DNA from: Podarcis melisellensis
Taxonomy: Eukaryota
Reading direction: 5' to 3' (one strand)
DNA length: 64,000 bases
Assembly: GCA_964234715.1 (NCBI GenBank)
Contig: OZ174283.1
Both the position numbers and the translations under genes were made by a program. How positions within the stretch are numbered: the first letter of the stretch is position 1; each line of letters opens with the position of its first letter. The notes beneath the pieces are model-generated. The model saw only the letters and a program-made list of their open reading frames with translations, was not told the origin of the DNA and did not search any database. Below, in pieces: positions 63,496-64,000 of the stretch.

Positions 63496-63635
63496 CCGTG
63501 ATCCAAATTCTTGACTGATGTTAAGTCAGTTCCCTGTTTTGGCATTAGCGTAATAAATGCATTTATTGCACATATATTCTTTCCTGTCATAGTGGCATGC
63601 TTTTGAATTAAGATTGGCTTCATAACATGATTACC

Positions 63636-63672
63636 ATCTGAAGAAGTGTGCATGCACACGAAAGCTCATACC
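63636..63672 (+). ncRNA. Minimal type I hammerhead ribozyme motif (stem I truncated)
   Basis: CTGAAGA (63638-63644), A, stem II GTGTG-CATG-CACAC, GAAA (63660-63663), palindromic AGCT as stem III, predicted cleavage after CUC at 63667. Confidence 0.7.
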
Positions 63673-63762
63673 AAGAACTAACTTAGTTGGTCTTTAAGGT
63701 GCTACTGGAAGGAATTTTTTTTGTTTTGACTATGGCAGACCAACACGGCTACCTATCTGTAA
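63637..63762 (+). mobile_element. Penelope-like pLTR fragment
   Basis: 10-bp TSD ATGATTACCA at 63627-63636 and 63763-63772; ..TTAGTTGGTCTTTAAGGTGCTAC..CAGACCAACACGGCTACC typical of reptile Penelope pLTRs as I recall them. Confidence 0.85.
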
Positions 63763-64000
63763 ATGATTACCAGGGTTTGAAGGAGAAAAGAGTATTAATT
63801 CACTAAGAATCAGCATGAGGCACAACATATAGTTCTTTTTTTTTTTAACAGTGACTCATCAGAGGGCAAGTCTGATGCCAGCAGCTGCTATCATTCCACC
63901 TCCAATAGTGTATAGCAGAGTATTTTTAAAAAAGGGGCTGTAGAGGCATGGGACTCGGCATCCTCTGCATCATTCAAAGTTCTGCTGACCTATCCCAGCC

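Overview
AT-rich, CpG-depleted vertebrate DNA that is intronic or intergenic. The repeat families (BovB, tRNA/CORE SINE, tRNA-Lys/CR1-tail SINE, CR1, L2, L1, RTE-X, TcMar and hAT MITEs, Penelope pLTR fragments) point to a squamate, most likely a lacertid lizard; this is inference from recalled family sequences. I found no intact protein-coding gene, CRISPR array or functional RNA gene. The only host-gene-derived sequence is an EEF1G processed pseudogene (minus strand, 44063-45301) with a 16-bp TSD, an L1-type TTTT/AA target, a large internal deletion and a nested hAT MITE. The most notable structures are: (1) a Penelope-type pLTR fragment carrying a minimal hammerhead ribozyme core (63637-63762); (2) a ~1.2-kb TSD-flanked element with ~265-bp inverted arms, probably an inverted-pLTR Penelope-like insertion (2218-3413); (3) a perfect 83-bp palindrome where a MITE end is missing; (4) a 76-bp templated insertion inside a SINE; (5) a composite hAT element that carries pieces of other TEs; (6) a 159-bp candidate exon with strong splice signals and stops in all frames; (7) several homeodomain-motif-rich, repeat-free blocks that look like conserved enhancers. 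I do not see evidence of a wholly new biological system. The best leads are the ribozyme-bearing retroelements and the candidate non-coding/poison exon.
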